Shown here: positions 1 through 14,934 of the stretch, piece after piece
Layout: every line of letters starts with the position of its first letter
Numbering within the stretch: position 1 is the stretch's first letter
DNA from: Auanema rhodensis
Lineage: Eukaryota > Animalia > Nematoda
Assembly (NCBI GenBank): GCA_964057225.1
Contig: OZ059895.1
Coordinates: forward strand, 16,306,001-16,370,000
Direction of reading: 5' to 3'
Length of the DNA stretch: 64,000 nucleotides
The notes under the pieces: generated by a model
Databases searched by the model: none
Told to the model about the DNA's origin: nothing
Seen by the model: only the letters and a program-made list of their open reading frames with translations
Program-made: the position numbers and the translations under genes

Positions 1-41
<41 letters not shown>

Positions 42-753
42 AGAGAAAGATGAGAATCATATGGCTAGTTATATACGTGTGTGTGTGTGTGTATGTGTGT
101 GTGTGCTACATCCATTCATGTACTTGCTCATTCAAATGCGATTAAAGAACATTTTTTATATATTTCCAATGGATTTTCTAATAATCTTTGAGTATTATTT
201 TGAATTAATTACTAGTTTCTTCATATACAACATATCATTATTTCTCTATTCTCACCTTCAACAACTTTTCTTCGTTTTTTTAATAATTCATTGTCCTTTG
301 TTCGAGAAATATTTAAGGCTAAACTAATGACTTTTTTTCCATCAGAACTGAGACCAAATATCTTTTTCTCACTTTCTCTTCTATATAAATGTATGTCTCG
401 CATTCCTTTACTTCATCTTTTCTTTCTACAATTCTCTTCATTTTAGACTTCTCTCTCTCTTTCTCTCTCTCTCTCTTTCTCTCTTTATTTTTTTTTGATT
501 CCAACTCAATCTTGCCTTCTTTAGATATTTTTTCCCATAATTCATTTGGTAATAAGTCATTCGCATTTTTGGCTTATTTTGGTCAAAATAGAAGTTTTGA
601 GTTGTTGTTTTGTGACATTTGTCTCTGTCCTCTTATAGTTTGCTCACAATTCGGTAGATCATATAGGTTTGAACGTTATGAGCCTAAACAGAGAAAAATG
701 AAGTGAAAGAGCCAGAGAGAGAGAGAGAGAGAAAAAAAAATAGTCACAGAGAG

Positions 754-800
<47 letters not shown>

Positions 801-998
801 CAGATATATGAAGTGATTCTTGAGTTAGTGCTGTTGAGTGCAATGCTTTATTATTATTACTTGTAATAATAATATACAATATTTATGGTTTTTGAATTGA
901 TTTTTATTATTTTTACATTAATATATATTTTATTTGAAATAAGCAATAATCACGTGTATATTCAATACAAGAGAGAGAGAGAGAGGGGGGGGGGAGAG

Positions 999-1030
<32 letters not shown>

Positions 1031-1339
1031 TAAGAAGAGATGTAGAAGGAAAAATGAGAATGTTTGTGATGATGGGTGGGGGAACTAGCTGATAGGATAG
1101 GAGGAATTGTTGAAATCATTTTGTCGAAAAAGGTGAAACAAAATTCGGAGATTTGCCACGTTGTTGCTGGTTATGATTGGCTGACGATCCCAAATAACCA
1201 CTCATAATCTAGTTTGTCATGAAAAAAATGTTGAAAGCTTATTGACTTTTGCATTGGATCATGATAAATCGGGAAATTTAGTATTATTTTGAATTCTGTA
1301 AGAATTGACCAGAGTTGAGAAATGCAGAGAAATATATGA

Positions 1340-1399
<60 letters not shown>

Positions 1400-2147
1400 G
1401 GAATGGTGTGGATAGACTACGATTTCATTCTGCGACAAAAAACAGTTTCAAGGAAGTGTTTTGAAAAAAGATCAAAAGGATATGAAGAGAAATGGATAAA
1501 ATGGTTATAAAGTCTTAAAGAGAGAAAGAGAAAGAGAGAGAGAGAGAGAGAGGGGGGGAGAGAGAGAGAGAGTGAGATAGAGATAGAGAGAGAGAGAAAG
1601 ACAGACAGAGGAAATTAAAGAGAGAGAGAATAGCAGATAAAGAGAGAATGAGAAAACAGGGAGAAAATCTAAAAAAGGATTTGTTTTCATCAGTTGTATG
1701 TCCTCTGTTTGATGCGTTGTTCATGCTTTCTTCCGCATTTTTTATCTATTCCAGCGATTTATGTTGTTCTACAACTTCCTTCATTTTCTTTTGAATTAAG
1801 AATGATTTTTGTGATATTCATTCATCCACAAGCCACTCAACAAGCGTTATTCCATGTCATGTATGTGGCAGAACTTCAGGAAAAGTCGTCAACACGTTGT
1901 CGCCGACGACGACGACGACAACGACGACGTCGTTTTCGACATGAAATAACTGTTTTTCGGAAGTTCTTAAATTATTTTTTTTCTCGTTTATCGTGTTTCG
2001 ATTATGTTTTTCTTTCCTTCAATTATAATTTGTTGTCAAAAATGTGGCTTTTGCCTCACCTGCAATGATATGTTGCTGTGTTGATTGTCTTGGGACGCCT
2101 GTACCCAACCATTTTGAGCATCTGTTATGTTATCCTTCTTTGCTCTT

Positions 2148-2197
<50 letters not shown>

Positions 2198-2490
2198 TCT
2201 CTCCCTCTCTCTTTCCCTCTCTCCCTCTCTCTCTATGCCTTCGCATGTATCACTCATTGTCACTGACTTTTTCTAACTTTTTGTTTTTCCATTCAACACA
2301 TTCATTACTTCCTATTTCTCCAACCGTTCATTTTGGGGGCTCTATAACGCAGCTCCATATTCACATCTCCAATTTTCATATATGGCCTTAGGCGAAAACA
2401 GCTGTTTATCCTGTGGAGAGCACTCTAACGTATAGGTTATGTTGGTCTAGAATCTCTTGAGAAGTTACTTCTCTTCTACTGTTACTTTGT

Positions 2491-2533
<43 letters not shown>

Positions 2534-3383
2534 TCCTATCTATCTCTAACTCTATATATCCAATCTCATTCTGTTTCTGCAAAATGCCTTTTTCTTAAAA
2601 TTTCTCTTTCCTTCTCTTCTTCTCTCCCTCCTTCTCTTTCTGTTTCTCTCTCTTTCTCTTTCTTCCTGTCTTTCTACCTCTTTGTCGTGCTCTATTACTC
2701 TTTCTCTTTCTCTCACTGTCAATCCCTCTAATCGTCATTTCATTTTGTCTTGAGGTACTTATAAAGTCATAATAATGACATCATTTTGGGTTTAGCAGAC
2801 GAACATGGATGGAGTCCCCCCCCCCCCCATATCTCTCTCTCTCTCTCTCTCTCTCTCGCTCTCTCTCTCTTAACCAGCTTCCATAGTTCACGTGCTTCGA
2901 TATGAAATTTTGTCAGCCTTATCTCCTTGCTGGCTGAAACTGAAAAAGTCGCATCCCAAAAGTTCACGATCCCAACTAGGGCTTTTGGATTCAAATCCTA
3001 TTTACTATTCTTAGAGCTCGATGTCCCATGTTTCAAACTGTTGTTGCTTAGCTTAATGAGCACTACATGTGCAACCTCTTCCTCAGTTGCTCTCTCCTTT
3101 AACCTCTCGCACTGTCTGCTCTTTCAGTCAGTCCTTCTCTTCATTTCGCTCTATCTCTCTCTCTCTTTCTCTTCCTTTCTCTCTCTCTTTTTCTGGCTTT
3201 CTTTCTTGCTCTCATGTCGTTATATCATTGGAATAGCTTCATCATCTCCTTCGTCTTCTCTGCTTAATATTGAAGTCACACAAAACTTCAATGGTTTTAA
3301 TGGTCTGCTTTCTTTTGAAGGTCTCTGTCCGCCTAGCTTGTATGTGGTGCATGAGTGTCGACTTGCCCTAGGGCTCTGTATGC

Positions 3384-3436
3384 TCTGCGTCTCTGGCGCC
3401 TGCTGCCGCGGCAAAGCGCCGCAAGCGGCGGCGCCA
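3384..3436. promoter_or_regulatory. GC-rich regulatory island upstream of larp-5
   Basis: TCTGCGTCTCT (reverse complement of the AGAGACGCAGA EOR-1-type motif), followed by an inverted TGGCGCC/GGCGCCA pair, in an otherwise AT- and CT-rich background. Confidence 0.4.
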
Positions 3437-6400
3437 ACACTCCTCTGCATACATGTCTCCGAAAAAGAGTGACAGAGAGAGGGAGAGAGAGAGAGGGAGG
3501 AAGAGAAAGAGAGAGAGAGAAATATGGGGAAAGATAGAGAGAAATAAACGAGAGCAAGAGAATGTCAGAGATGAAGAGAAAGAAGCCATGAATGTAGGAG
3601 AGATATAGATTGTGATATGAACAAAGAGAGAGCGAGAATAGCAGTAGAGAGAATTTTAAAGAGCGAGACGGACAGACGAAGAGAAAGGAGGAGAGAAAGG
3701 GAGAGAGCAAGAGAGAAAGAGAGAAAGAAGGAGAACCACATACATACACAACCACCCACCCTCCCCTCTTTACTACATCACACGTACACATCCATTCAAC
3801 GACCCGTGACTGCTGCCGCTTCTCCGGAAAGGTCTTATAACTCAACTAAGGTTTCATTCATAATTTCCTTCTCGTTCGATGCCGTTTCTCATTGTTTCAT
3901 TTGTTATTCTCTCTCTTTCTCTCGCCCTCCCCCTTGCTAAACCTCGTCCTCCTCCTTGTCTCCATCGCCCTCTGTTCTTCTACACCCTTCTATGTTCTCT
4001 CTATCTCTCGCTCTCTCTTTCTCTCTCAATTTCGTTTTATTTTTTCTTCTTTATGTGCTTCACAGTTCACTTTTACCTCGTTCTGTTTTGTTACTTTGCG
4101 CCTGTTCATATGCTGAATGGTGAGCAGTTCCCACGAGGATCAGTTCATCTGAGCACGTCCATGTTTCCTATCTCTTTCTCTGCTTTTGTCTTTACTCTCT
4201 TCTTTCTAGCCTTCCTATCCTTCATTGTATTTTGTGAACTTTCTTCATTTTTTTTCAGTTTCTCATCATCCGTTCTCTCGTTTTCCCTTGCTTCTCTCTC
4301 TCCACATTCTCAGCTGATTTCTTTTGCCTTTTTTCAAAATTTCATGGCTCTTATCACAATATGATCTCATTTTCATCTTTTCCACATCTTTCGTCTTCAC
4401 TCTGTGTTATTTTCTCTTCTTTTTCACGTTCAGTGCACCTCCAGAAGGCTGTTTTTCGGTTTTAAACGACTTCGAATAGTTGTCCTTCTTGTTAGACATC
4501 AACGATAATTGTGTTCTCTTCTGTCTTTGAACAATGTGCTCGATGTGCTTCGTTTTCCTCTTTTCCTCTCGCTTCATCGTTCTACAACTGCTTTTTTCAC
4601 CATTTTCACGTCCCCCTTATATGTACAACGACACATTATCGTTATCGTCGTCCGTTGTTCCCTGTCGTCGTCGTCCTCCTCCTGGTAGCTGTCCGACAGC
4701 CTCAGCTTCTGGCCAGACGTACACAAGCAAGCTAGCCATCTCATTCCATGCAACACGGCTCCGGACCAGGCTAGCAAGCAAGCATTCAGCTAGTCGGCAA
4801 GCCCGAGTAGTCATCCAGCCATTGAGGAGAAGACCAATGGCAGGGTTAGTCAACCAGCCGACCGGCTTGAACCAGTCAGAGTATGCTGGTGGCCCTCTAG
4901 CCAGGGGTGAACATGCTCATATATATACACACAAGCACATATACTCTATATATTCTCTATACATAGATAGAGAAACAAGCGCAGCTTGTTCCTTCTCTTG
5001 ATGAGGTCAGCCAGAGTAGTAAACGATCCCAACGACATCACTCAGAGATGTGCACAGCTAATTGCTCAAGAGAGCAAGTTGAGGCTGTCGTCGAAGGGAG
5101 CTTGACGATACACGAATGGCTAGGTTCCAGTTGAGACGAATCTGAACTTTATTGTTTTCTAAACTTGAATTTTATTTTTGCCCTCATCATCTACTATATC
5201 GTCTTCATATATTCCGCTTTTTTGCTCATTTCTTCAGCTCATTATGGTCGTCGTCGTCCTCTTATTGTAGTCATGAGCGTCCTTCTCAGTTCATCATCAT
5301 ACACACACACACAATTGCTTCAGATTTTCCCTGATATCGTCGTATTCGTTTGTCCGTTCGTTTTGAATGTTTTGCATGCTCGTCCTCCTTTTCCAACTCT
5401 TTTCACAATGGACTTATGAGAATTGTAACTACATGTGCATGATAGATAGATTTCTTTATCTTTTTTTTCAGTTTCACTCCTTACCTCCCTTTCTCTTTCT
5501 CTCTCTCTATCTCTCTCTATCTCCCTCTTTCTCTTTCCCTCTCTTTCTCTCTCTCTTTCTCTCTCTCTCTTTTCATTACCATCATAGTACTGTAATTTTT
5601 TGTAATTTCGTCCATGTCAGCAGTAGTGTCATTGATAATCCATTCTTATGGAACTGCTATTTTTTTTCAATTTTTCTTATTTTTGGTGTCTTCTCCTTCT
5701 CCTTCATCTTCTTCTTATTCTACTCCTCCCCCTTCGTTCGTTGCCTCCTCCCTCTCTCCCTCCATCAAGCACACAGACACAGACACACACACACACACAC
5801 ATGTACATACGACTCATCCTCTCTCTTTCTGTCTCTTTTTCTCTATATTCCTCCAAAATTTTTTCGAACTATCTATCTTTCTTGCTATCTTGTATAATAT
5901 TTCTGAAAGTCGTCGTCGTCTTCTTTCTATTATTCTTTGTATGTTTCATTAAATTTTTATAAAAAACCGCGAAGAAAAAACGAATTTTTCATTATCATCA
6001 TTTGAATGCGTGTATCTATTCCCCACTAGCCCCTCTCTTTCTCTCTCTTTCTCTCTCTCTCCCTCTCTCTCTCTCTAGCATTTCTTCTTCATATCTCTCC
6101 ATCTGTTTCTCTTTACCAGTCAATGTATATGTATGAAGAAGAGCTTTTTGATGAATCTAGGAGAGCAGAATCGTCTCTCCACCACCACAACCATCCCAAC
6201 GCCGACGACCACCTTCTCTCTGTTATAGTCCATTCCTCAGCTCCGAATACATATCTCGATCTGTGCTTGTGTGCATGGTCATGTATGTGTCTGTGTGTGT
6301 CTTGGCATTTTGGCTATATGATGAGGGCGCTCAGCATGGAACCCATTGCCTGTGTTCTTAGCTACTTTGTCAGCCAACTTGCCTAACTTTTTTCCGTCTC

Positions 6401-6834
6401 CACCCACTCCTTTTTCATCTCATTCTCTCCTTTTCCCCTCTTTTTATTCATTTTTCTTCAGTTTTAGACGTTATTCTTTCAACTTTTCGTCTTTTTCTTT
6501 ATCAATCTCCTGTTTCAGCGTCTTTATTCTACTCGCTACTGATTATACTTCGTCTCTCTTTCCTCTGCCTCATCATCATTTTCCGTTCGTTCCGTTTTTT
6601 CTTCGTCGTTATCGTCTTCGCCGTCTTCGTTGTCGTCGGCGCTGACGTCGACATCGTCTCGATGTCGGCATTTGTTTTTTTCTTACGTCTTAAACCATAT
6701 GTCTTTTCAGGATCCGGCAATCGCATCCGTCGCAGAATCTGCGTCAGCGACCGTTCGCCTACCGTAGCCCCCGGGCGCCACAGCCGCCGTCATCGTCGCC
6801 GGCTTTCGCCCCAGCTTGTAACCGTTCGTCGACG

Positions 6835-7190
6835 ATGATTTCATTAGAACTGGACGATGATGCATTCTACATTTGCACAGAAGTCTCACCACGATGTTTC
6901 GTTGTTCAGAAGGTACGTCATTAGCATGTTTTTATCTTTTTATTTTTTTATTTTTTTTGTAATTTTTAAACAAAAAATCTTTTATATTCGTTATCTTTCA
7001 TTTTATTTTATGTAAAAATTGGATATATCGTTTGATTTTTGACCCTGTTTATGCGTTTATGTTATTTCTAAAAACCAAGAAGCATGTTTTGACAGATGCC
7101 TTCAGATGATACGGATTCAGCCACCTAAATTGAAGTTATTTCGTTTACTCATCTGAAACTATCGTTAGCAAGCTGCATCTCAAACCTCAT

Positions 7191-7238
<48 letters not shown>

Positions 7239-8613
7239 GATGTAACTTTAAAAGCTTCCACAACACGTAGCCTATTTATCATTTTACCTTATTATACTCG
7301 CTAATCTAAGACTTATTGCATCATTTCTCTCTTCCTCGCTCCCTCTTTCCTTGCTCCCCTCTGGCTACTAACTCACACATTTATTTTTCAAATTCTTTCT
7401 TATAACCTATAATTTTCAATCTTTCATTGATATTTGAGCGACGTTTGAAATTTTTTTTTTTGGAAAAAGAAGAAAATCAGAGAACTGAATAATGAAGAAA
7501 CTCTTGTAGCTACCATTTACAAAGATTATAGTTTCTTGAAAAGCTTGAGTCCATTTCAAAGAGTAGACGTTCAGCTGCATCAGCAGCAGTAGCAGTGGCA
7601 ACAGCAACTGCAGAAGCAGCAGCAGTAAACCAACGGAAAGAGGGGATAGTGTTGATGCTAATGGAGAATTTTTTTTGCTTATTTTGTAAATAAACATAAA
7701 AGAAAAGAAGGAGCTATTCTCTGTTCTATTTGTTACTGATGAGCTACACATATTTGAAATTTTTTGAAATTTTCTTCATAGGATATAGTCCGCTGGCCTT
7801 TTTCCTTCTGTTCCCGCCGTCTTCCTGTCCCCTCTCTCTCTTTTTCCCTCTCTTTCTCTCCCTCCCTCTCTCTCTCTCTCTCGTTCTTTTGAAAACTGTC
7901 GTCATTTCTCCATAACCATAACAATATTTTCAAGAAAAAAAAACATTTTTCTTTGAATATAATTGATTTTATCAGAACAGAAACAGCATTCAAGATGAAA
8001 ATCAAGGAATTGAGAAAAGGAACAATTAAAGCGATCAAGCTGTTTCTTTTTCCATCTGCTCCTTGTTGTATTAAACGAATCTGACTATTCTTCTTGCTAT
8101 TAATAAAACTTCAGCCTCGAACTGCTTCTCAGCTAATGCTTCTAAGCTACTGCCGTTGCCATTGCTGATGCTGCTGAAGCTGACGCTCATGAGAATGCTG
8201 ATGATATCAGATGTGATGATTCATATTGATTGTCATCAAATATGGCTGTTTCATGTGTTTTTCCATTTATGCTTTTCGACGGTTTTTTCCATTTTCGAAC
8301 CAAATCATCATCATCGTCATCCAATAAATTTTTTTTTATCTTAGCTAGTAAACGGACCTAAACGATTGAGAAATATGATGATGGCAATGAAAAGCTATGA
8401 TGATGAAGACTATACACATTCATTTCAAATCATAAAATCCATAATAGGCTTTGATGTGCTAAAGAGGGGCAATGAGAGAGTTCGCTTATTGCCCTTTTTT
8501 GGTCAAATACGAAAAGAAAGCTTATAATGAAAACCTCATGGGAAATTCAGGCGAAATCACAAAAAAATAATTTTGTCTTCAGTTTTTCGTTATTTTCCCT
8601 TCTACTACCTTCT

Positions 8614-8673
<60 letters not shown>

Positions 8674-9237
8674 CTTTCTCATCCTTTCTCCCTTCTTCCT
8701 ACTCCTCATTTCGTTGTCATCAATGTCCAATCGTCTATCGACATCGATGCTGGCAGTCGGATGCCGTCATTATGGATCAGCCATGATATAAACAGAAATA
8801 CGGAAAAAAATTTTTTTTTGAATTCAAGTGAATCAGATGTATTTGGTCTCTGTTGTGCCCTTGCTCTCCCTCTCCCTCTCTTCCTACATCTCCCTTCCTA
8901 CTCTCCTGTTCCTCCCATTTCAACCTTCCTTCCCCCCCCTCTCCTCTAATTATGTTATTTTCTTCTTTCCCGCATTTCCGTTTGGCTTTTGTCCAAAGAA
9001 AGTCATCTTACTCCAAAAGCCACAAAACATGATGAACAAGAGCTTAAGCATAAAGAGCAACTTCGTACAGCATTTGCTCTTGTTTGTTGAACATGAAAAA
9101 CAAGGAATCAAAGCTGTTTCTATGCTGCTGTTATGGCATCTACTCAGCTGTATCAGCTGTTTCTAATGTTTACAATTACATAAATAAATAAACAAATCAG
9201 TCAATAACACTTAGATAAGATCAACGATTAAGAGAGA

Positions 9238-9285
<48 letters not shown>

Positions 9286-10208
9286 GGAGAGATTGGATGA
9301 GATGATACTTCTTGATACTTTAATAACCATATAATATGGTTCAGGATATATCAAATCAAACTACATACTATTAAAATAATTTTTATATTTGAATTATACA
9401 TTTTTATTTCTTATCTAACAATCTTCTTTTGCTATCTTTATCTTTCATTTCATTGATTTTTCTTGTGTTTTTTTTATTCTGAAGATACATTCATAGAAAA
9501 ATCAGCTGATAGCATTAACTTCAATTGTTCCCTCTATGCTCTCTGACGATATTTAGTCTCTCTATTTCTCTTTCTCTCTCTCTCTCTCTCCCTCCCTATC
9601 TATCTCTTTATCTGTATATCTATCTCTTTTAAATTATTTCTTTGTCATGACGTCCGCAGAAACATTTTGGTTAAAAAGAATATAAGAAAAGGAGGGGTTG
9701 AAGAATGATGATGATATGGAAGTTATTTCGAACTCTTGGGAGAAGCCTCAGTGTATCCTTCAGATCATCTGTTCAGAAGGATAAAATTATTTTTGAAAAG
9801 CAAACCTCCCGCATGCTTAACATACGAGTGAGATTATGAGTAAGATTACCTTCTTGTTTCTATTGTCTTTTCTTCTTCCTCATCTATTTCCCTTTCTCTC
9901 TCTCTCTCTCACTTCAACTATTAGCCGATTGTCCTTTTTTCATATTTTTACAGATTAATGATGAGAATTTGGATTATTTCGAATTCTAAAAACGTAATAG
10001 GGAACTAGTCGCATTCAGCTTAGGCTCATTTCCACAGAAAAAGTTTTTGCGGCTAAAGCATTGGCGGAATAAGAAGTGTAGAGATATGTGGAAAAAAAGT
10101 TAAACAAAGGCAGAAAAAGGGAAAAGAGAGAGAAATGACGATATGAAAAAGTTTTTGCTTCACCTTCACTCCTTATTAAACCTTATATCCTCTTCCGACT
10201 AACCTCCC

Positions 10209-10253
<45 letters not shown>

Positions 10254-13200
10254 TCACATTTTCAATGTTTGGTTTTCTTGAAATCTTTCATTCTTTTTTT
10301 CTCATTTTTTCAGTCTTCTACTGCTTTTATATGCTTTCCATTTTGGGAAAAGGGAAAACTAACCTGTCAATAGACTTCTCGGAAACGAGATCAATAATTA
10401 AATGGCTTCAGAAGCCATGGATGTTCATATAGCATTACATTGCCCTCTCACTCCCCCTTTACCCCACCCTCCTTCTCACCTCTTTCTCTTTATCTCTTTC
10501 TCTCTCTCTCTCTATCTGTTCTAGTTCTCTGTATTCTATATACATATAGCTTAGACTTCTTTTAGAAATATTAAGTAAACTAGGTTTATAAAGTATACGT
10601 GACGTCATTAACTATATGTTAAATCAATTAAAAATATTTTTTTCTTGATCTGAGCTTAATTGGCTATTTGTATTCAAAACAAAGTGCATTTATCAGGTTA
10701 ATATACGATGTTATGCTTTGTCCCAACATGAAGCTCATGTGGGAAATCAATGACGTTGTTGCTTCGGCTATTACTTGTGGGATTGTCATTGTCTTTCTGA
10801 CGCCTACGCTACTTAAGCTTCACGCATGACCCATGAAATCATGCGAAATGAAAAGAAGGAAAAGCGGAAAAAGAGGATCACTATTCTGAATGATGATGAT
10901 GATGATGATGCTGCTGCTTGTGTCTACACAACTACCACGACGACATCGGCAACGATGACCATGATGAAGAGATGAAATAGAGATTGCTTGCATGGAACTA
11001 TAGCCGTTTGAAACTAAGAAGATGAATTTGGCATCCTTTTAGTGTCTTGTATTTCATCCATCCGTTTAGTTGTTCATCTGAATCTGCTGACGTTTGACGT
11101 GTTAGACGATTGGGGAGAAGAGAAAGGGATGGAAATCGTTTTTATTTTTTTGGAAATTACCATAAACACACGAGATAGAACAATGAAGACGATGTGAACA
11201 TGATGAAGCAGAATTACGAGAAGATGCTAAAAGGAAAGAGGAACAGCTCAGATGTCTACCAGATGCTTCCATGAATCTTCTGACATCTCGTGACTTCGTC
11301 ATTCTGACACGGAACAAATCTCAACAAAAGAAGTTAAGAGATTGACAATGCTGAATTAGAACAGAAGAAGAAGAAAACGAGAAGGTCATTGTGAAGTCAG
11401 TCATAAGTAAGCAGGCCAAGTTGATACAGAGTTAAACTTAGCAAAGGCTGTTATATAATGCTCTTAAAGTTCATGTGATACTAATGTATTCTGATGAAAT
11501 TTGGCATTTCTCACCTTTGTATGACAATAACACGAGCATAAGCAGCTTGCTTACAGCATGATCATTCTCGTTTATTTTAGTACATAAGCAGCATTTACGA
11601 GATGCTCTATGTGAATATATGTGAATACATCATGTTTTTACACTAATACTTCTGAATTCATGATCTGCATCTTCTTCTGCTTCTTCTTCTTCTTCTTCTT
11701 CTTCTTCTTCTCCTTCTTCTTCTTTTTCTTCTTCTTCTGCCTTTTTCTACATGACGTCATCAGCCGCCAGCAACGACTATGACCAATTGATTCTTCCAGC
11801 CGAGAGCTGAAGAACAGAAAAAGGTCTGCAATAACGGCCGGGACCATTTGGATGACTGATTCTGAATGTTCTACATGGGGTTTTGTGTCAGTTTTTTGTG
11901 TATATCGTCATCATCTTCAAAGGAAAATTGTTCTCGTCGTTTGTTGATATTGTAACTTCAAACAATGGTTGGAACATCCTTACTCTGAATGCTTTTCCCT
12001 TTTTTGGTATTGCTCTTTGTTATTTCACTTCTACCCCCCCCCCCCTCTCTCTCTTTCTCCCTTCTTACCTCCTTCTAGCTTTCTCTTCTTCAATCTCACT
12101 AAGCTTCTAGTGTATCTAAAATCTGCTCATCACTGATCTACCAAAAAAGCAAAAACGGAAAGAAACATCAAGTGAGTGAAGCTTTCTCTCCAAGCACGCT
12201 ATCTCCTTGTACCTCTACTTCTGATCCTAGTGTACTCTTTCTCTCTTACTCTCCCATGTTCATACAAACTGCTGCAAAATCTGCTAACCAATCTACATGA
12301 AGTAACAGCAGTAAAGGAACATATGACACGAAAAAAAAACCTTTTTCCCTCTCTCTCTCTCTTTCAAGAGAAAAAAAGGAAATTTAACCAAAATAGCCTA
12401 AACTAAATTTCGTTCTCATTCTATTTTAAGAGAGCAAAGTATAGAAGGCAAGTGATGGCAGTTTATGACAGAATTAGCTTTCAAATACGATGTGATTGAG
12501 TTCGTTCAGAATGAATGTCAGAACTGATGCAAGTGTGTATGTGTGTATGGCCGGTGTGAAGAAGGTTTGTTGTCAACGTTATCTGGAATGACATCATCAG
12601 CTTCATCAGTCTCTTCATCATCCAGACATCCGATTTGAATAAAAAAAATGCAAAGAAAAGAAAGGAAATAAGAGATTTTTCTTTCTCTCTTTATGCCATT
12701 GTTCTCTTTAATATTTCAAGTATTTCCAGTGTGTTTATCTATGAAAACTAGACGATCAAATATATTTTGATGATGAAGTAGAATATATGAAATAAAGTAT
12801 AAATAGCCTATAGTTATGATATAGATTATCTATGAAAATATTTTGAATTTCATTGTAGAAACATCAATTTCTTTCTTTTTTTTTCTTTTTTTTTTGGAAA
12901 ATGAGAACAAGTGACTGATGGTTGTTTAGTAATAGTTGAGGCAGATCAGGAAAAAAATCAACTAGAAGGTCACAAAGCTGAATAATATCATTTTCCAATG
13001 ACCTAAGCAGATATAGAAGTGGAGGGGGAACGTTCCCTTCTCTCAGGGCTGCACCACATGCATTTGCCTCCCCCCCCCTCACCTCCCCCAATGAAGGTGG
13101 GAGCAGAAGCACCGGAGGTGGGGACCGAACGGCAAGCCAACAACACATATTTGAATGATGAAAACGATTAAAATACTCTGTATTTTCTTCTTAATTTCTC

Positions 13201-13341
13201 ATTTGACTTTTCGTTTTTTTGAGAATTGAACTAGATTAGAAGCATATCGAGATGAGTAATTAATGCCAAATGTGTCAGTCATTTTCTTAGAAAATGACCT
13301 GAAAATAATGGATGAAAGTGACAAGAAAACTAAATATTTTA

Positions 13342-13431
<90 letters not shown>

Positions 13432-14879
13432 AGCATATTGTTCTTATTCAGCTGTTTCTGACTGCTGCAGCCTGTTTAATGAAACCTTAAAGTTAAAACA
13501 AACTTAAGCTCCAAACTATATATAGTTATATATATATATATATATATTCTATAGATATATAGTATAATATAATATTTATATTAGTTAACTATATACATAT
13601 AAATTATGTTTTATGTTGTTTAACTATAGAAAGTATTCTTTAACGTGTAGTATATGCACCACAGCTCAACCTATTGATCATGAAAAGAAGAAAAGTTAAA
13701 AGGGAACAGAGAAAGAAGGGAACGAGCAAGAATACAAAAAAAAAGAAAAAAAAACGAAATGTACAACTTCAATTGAATGAAAATGAATTATGAATATGAA
13801 TTAGAAATGCGCTAAAAAGAAATAAATGAATAGCAACCGATAAGCATCTATACAAAAGCTCAAAATGATTATGATATATGAGCTTCATATGCTGATCTCG
13901 TGTGCTTTCACGCGAACTTTTTTTTACGTGAAATCTAACATATGCTAATTAGTATTTTCTCTCTCTCTATACATCTCCCTATATATCTCTCTATATATAT
14001 ATCTCTATATATATCTCTCTAACTTTTTCTCTTATAAGACTTGTATAAGATGTGAAGAAGAGCCGAAGGTTAGGATGAAGCAACAAACAAACAAAATTGT
14101 TTTATTCTGTTGACGTTGGTCAACAAGTAAATTCATCAATTTTGATTTTCATTTCGACTCGTCATCATCGTCGTCGTCGTTGTCGTCGTTGCTTGTCCAT
14201 CGTCGTCAATCTTATGCTCGTCATCAATATGTGCTAAGAAGACTATTTTTGGATGAAAATTTGCAATTTTTTCGCAATATGAAAAGATTTTGAAGAATAC
14301 ATTTTCAGAATATTCGTCTTAAATATCTTTTCATCACCCTCATAGTCTCCCACGCATCATCATCATCATCATCAGCATCAGCAGCAGCATCATCAAGATG
14401 TTAGTTGATGCTGCCTTAACTATATTTTAAGAAATAATTTCTTAATTATGAGAATATTTTGACAAGAATAGGAATATATCTATCTATCTAGTCATGTACT
14501 TTGATTTGATTTACAAGAACATTATTGAAAAATGCATTTAAGTTAGTTAATGTACAGGATGTTGTGAAAGAAGATGACATGCTCACAAACACAACATGAT
14601 ACAACTTGGAATACGGTGATTGGAGCTTGATTACAAGATATTCTGAAGAGCTTAGTAATCTAGAATTGGCTTCAGTTGTATTCATTTCGAATCTTTGCTT
14701 AAAGATTTTAGATAATGCAATATCTTTAAGTTTGTTTATCTCATCTCAAAGCCATACATAGGAGATGATTTAATCTAATTATTCTAATTTTTATTTATTT
14801 CGAGCATATTTCGGCAATTTTACATCAAAGCTGATTGATCTTCTGCTTCACCCCTACACATCTACAACCTCATCACCCC

Positions 14880-14934
<55 letters not shown>

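Noticed and set aside
2385-2412. GCCTTAGGC plus AAACAGCTGTTT palindromes as a possible DNA-elimination or telomere-addition motif (similar single telomere-like seeds at ~10018 and ~20203)
   Set aside because: These are single short seeds expected by chance. There is no telomere array, and I cannot verify an elimination consensus from the sequence alone.
61-9166. Numerous SLSLSL/RERERE or Phe-rich ORFs of 60-180 aa
   Set aside because: They are translations of (CT/GA)n and pyrimidine tracts, with no splice-consistent models or domains. The exception is the 4621-4844 segment reported under findings.
11160-11350. Coding-looking purine-rich stretch in larp-5 intron 1
   Set aside because: All frames are short and lack compatible splice sites.
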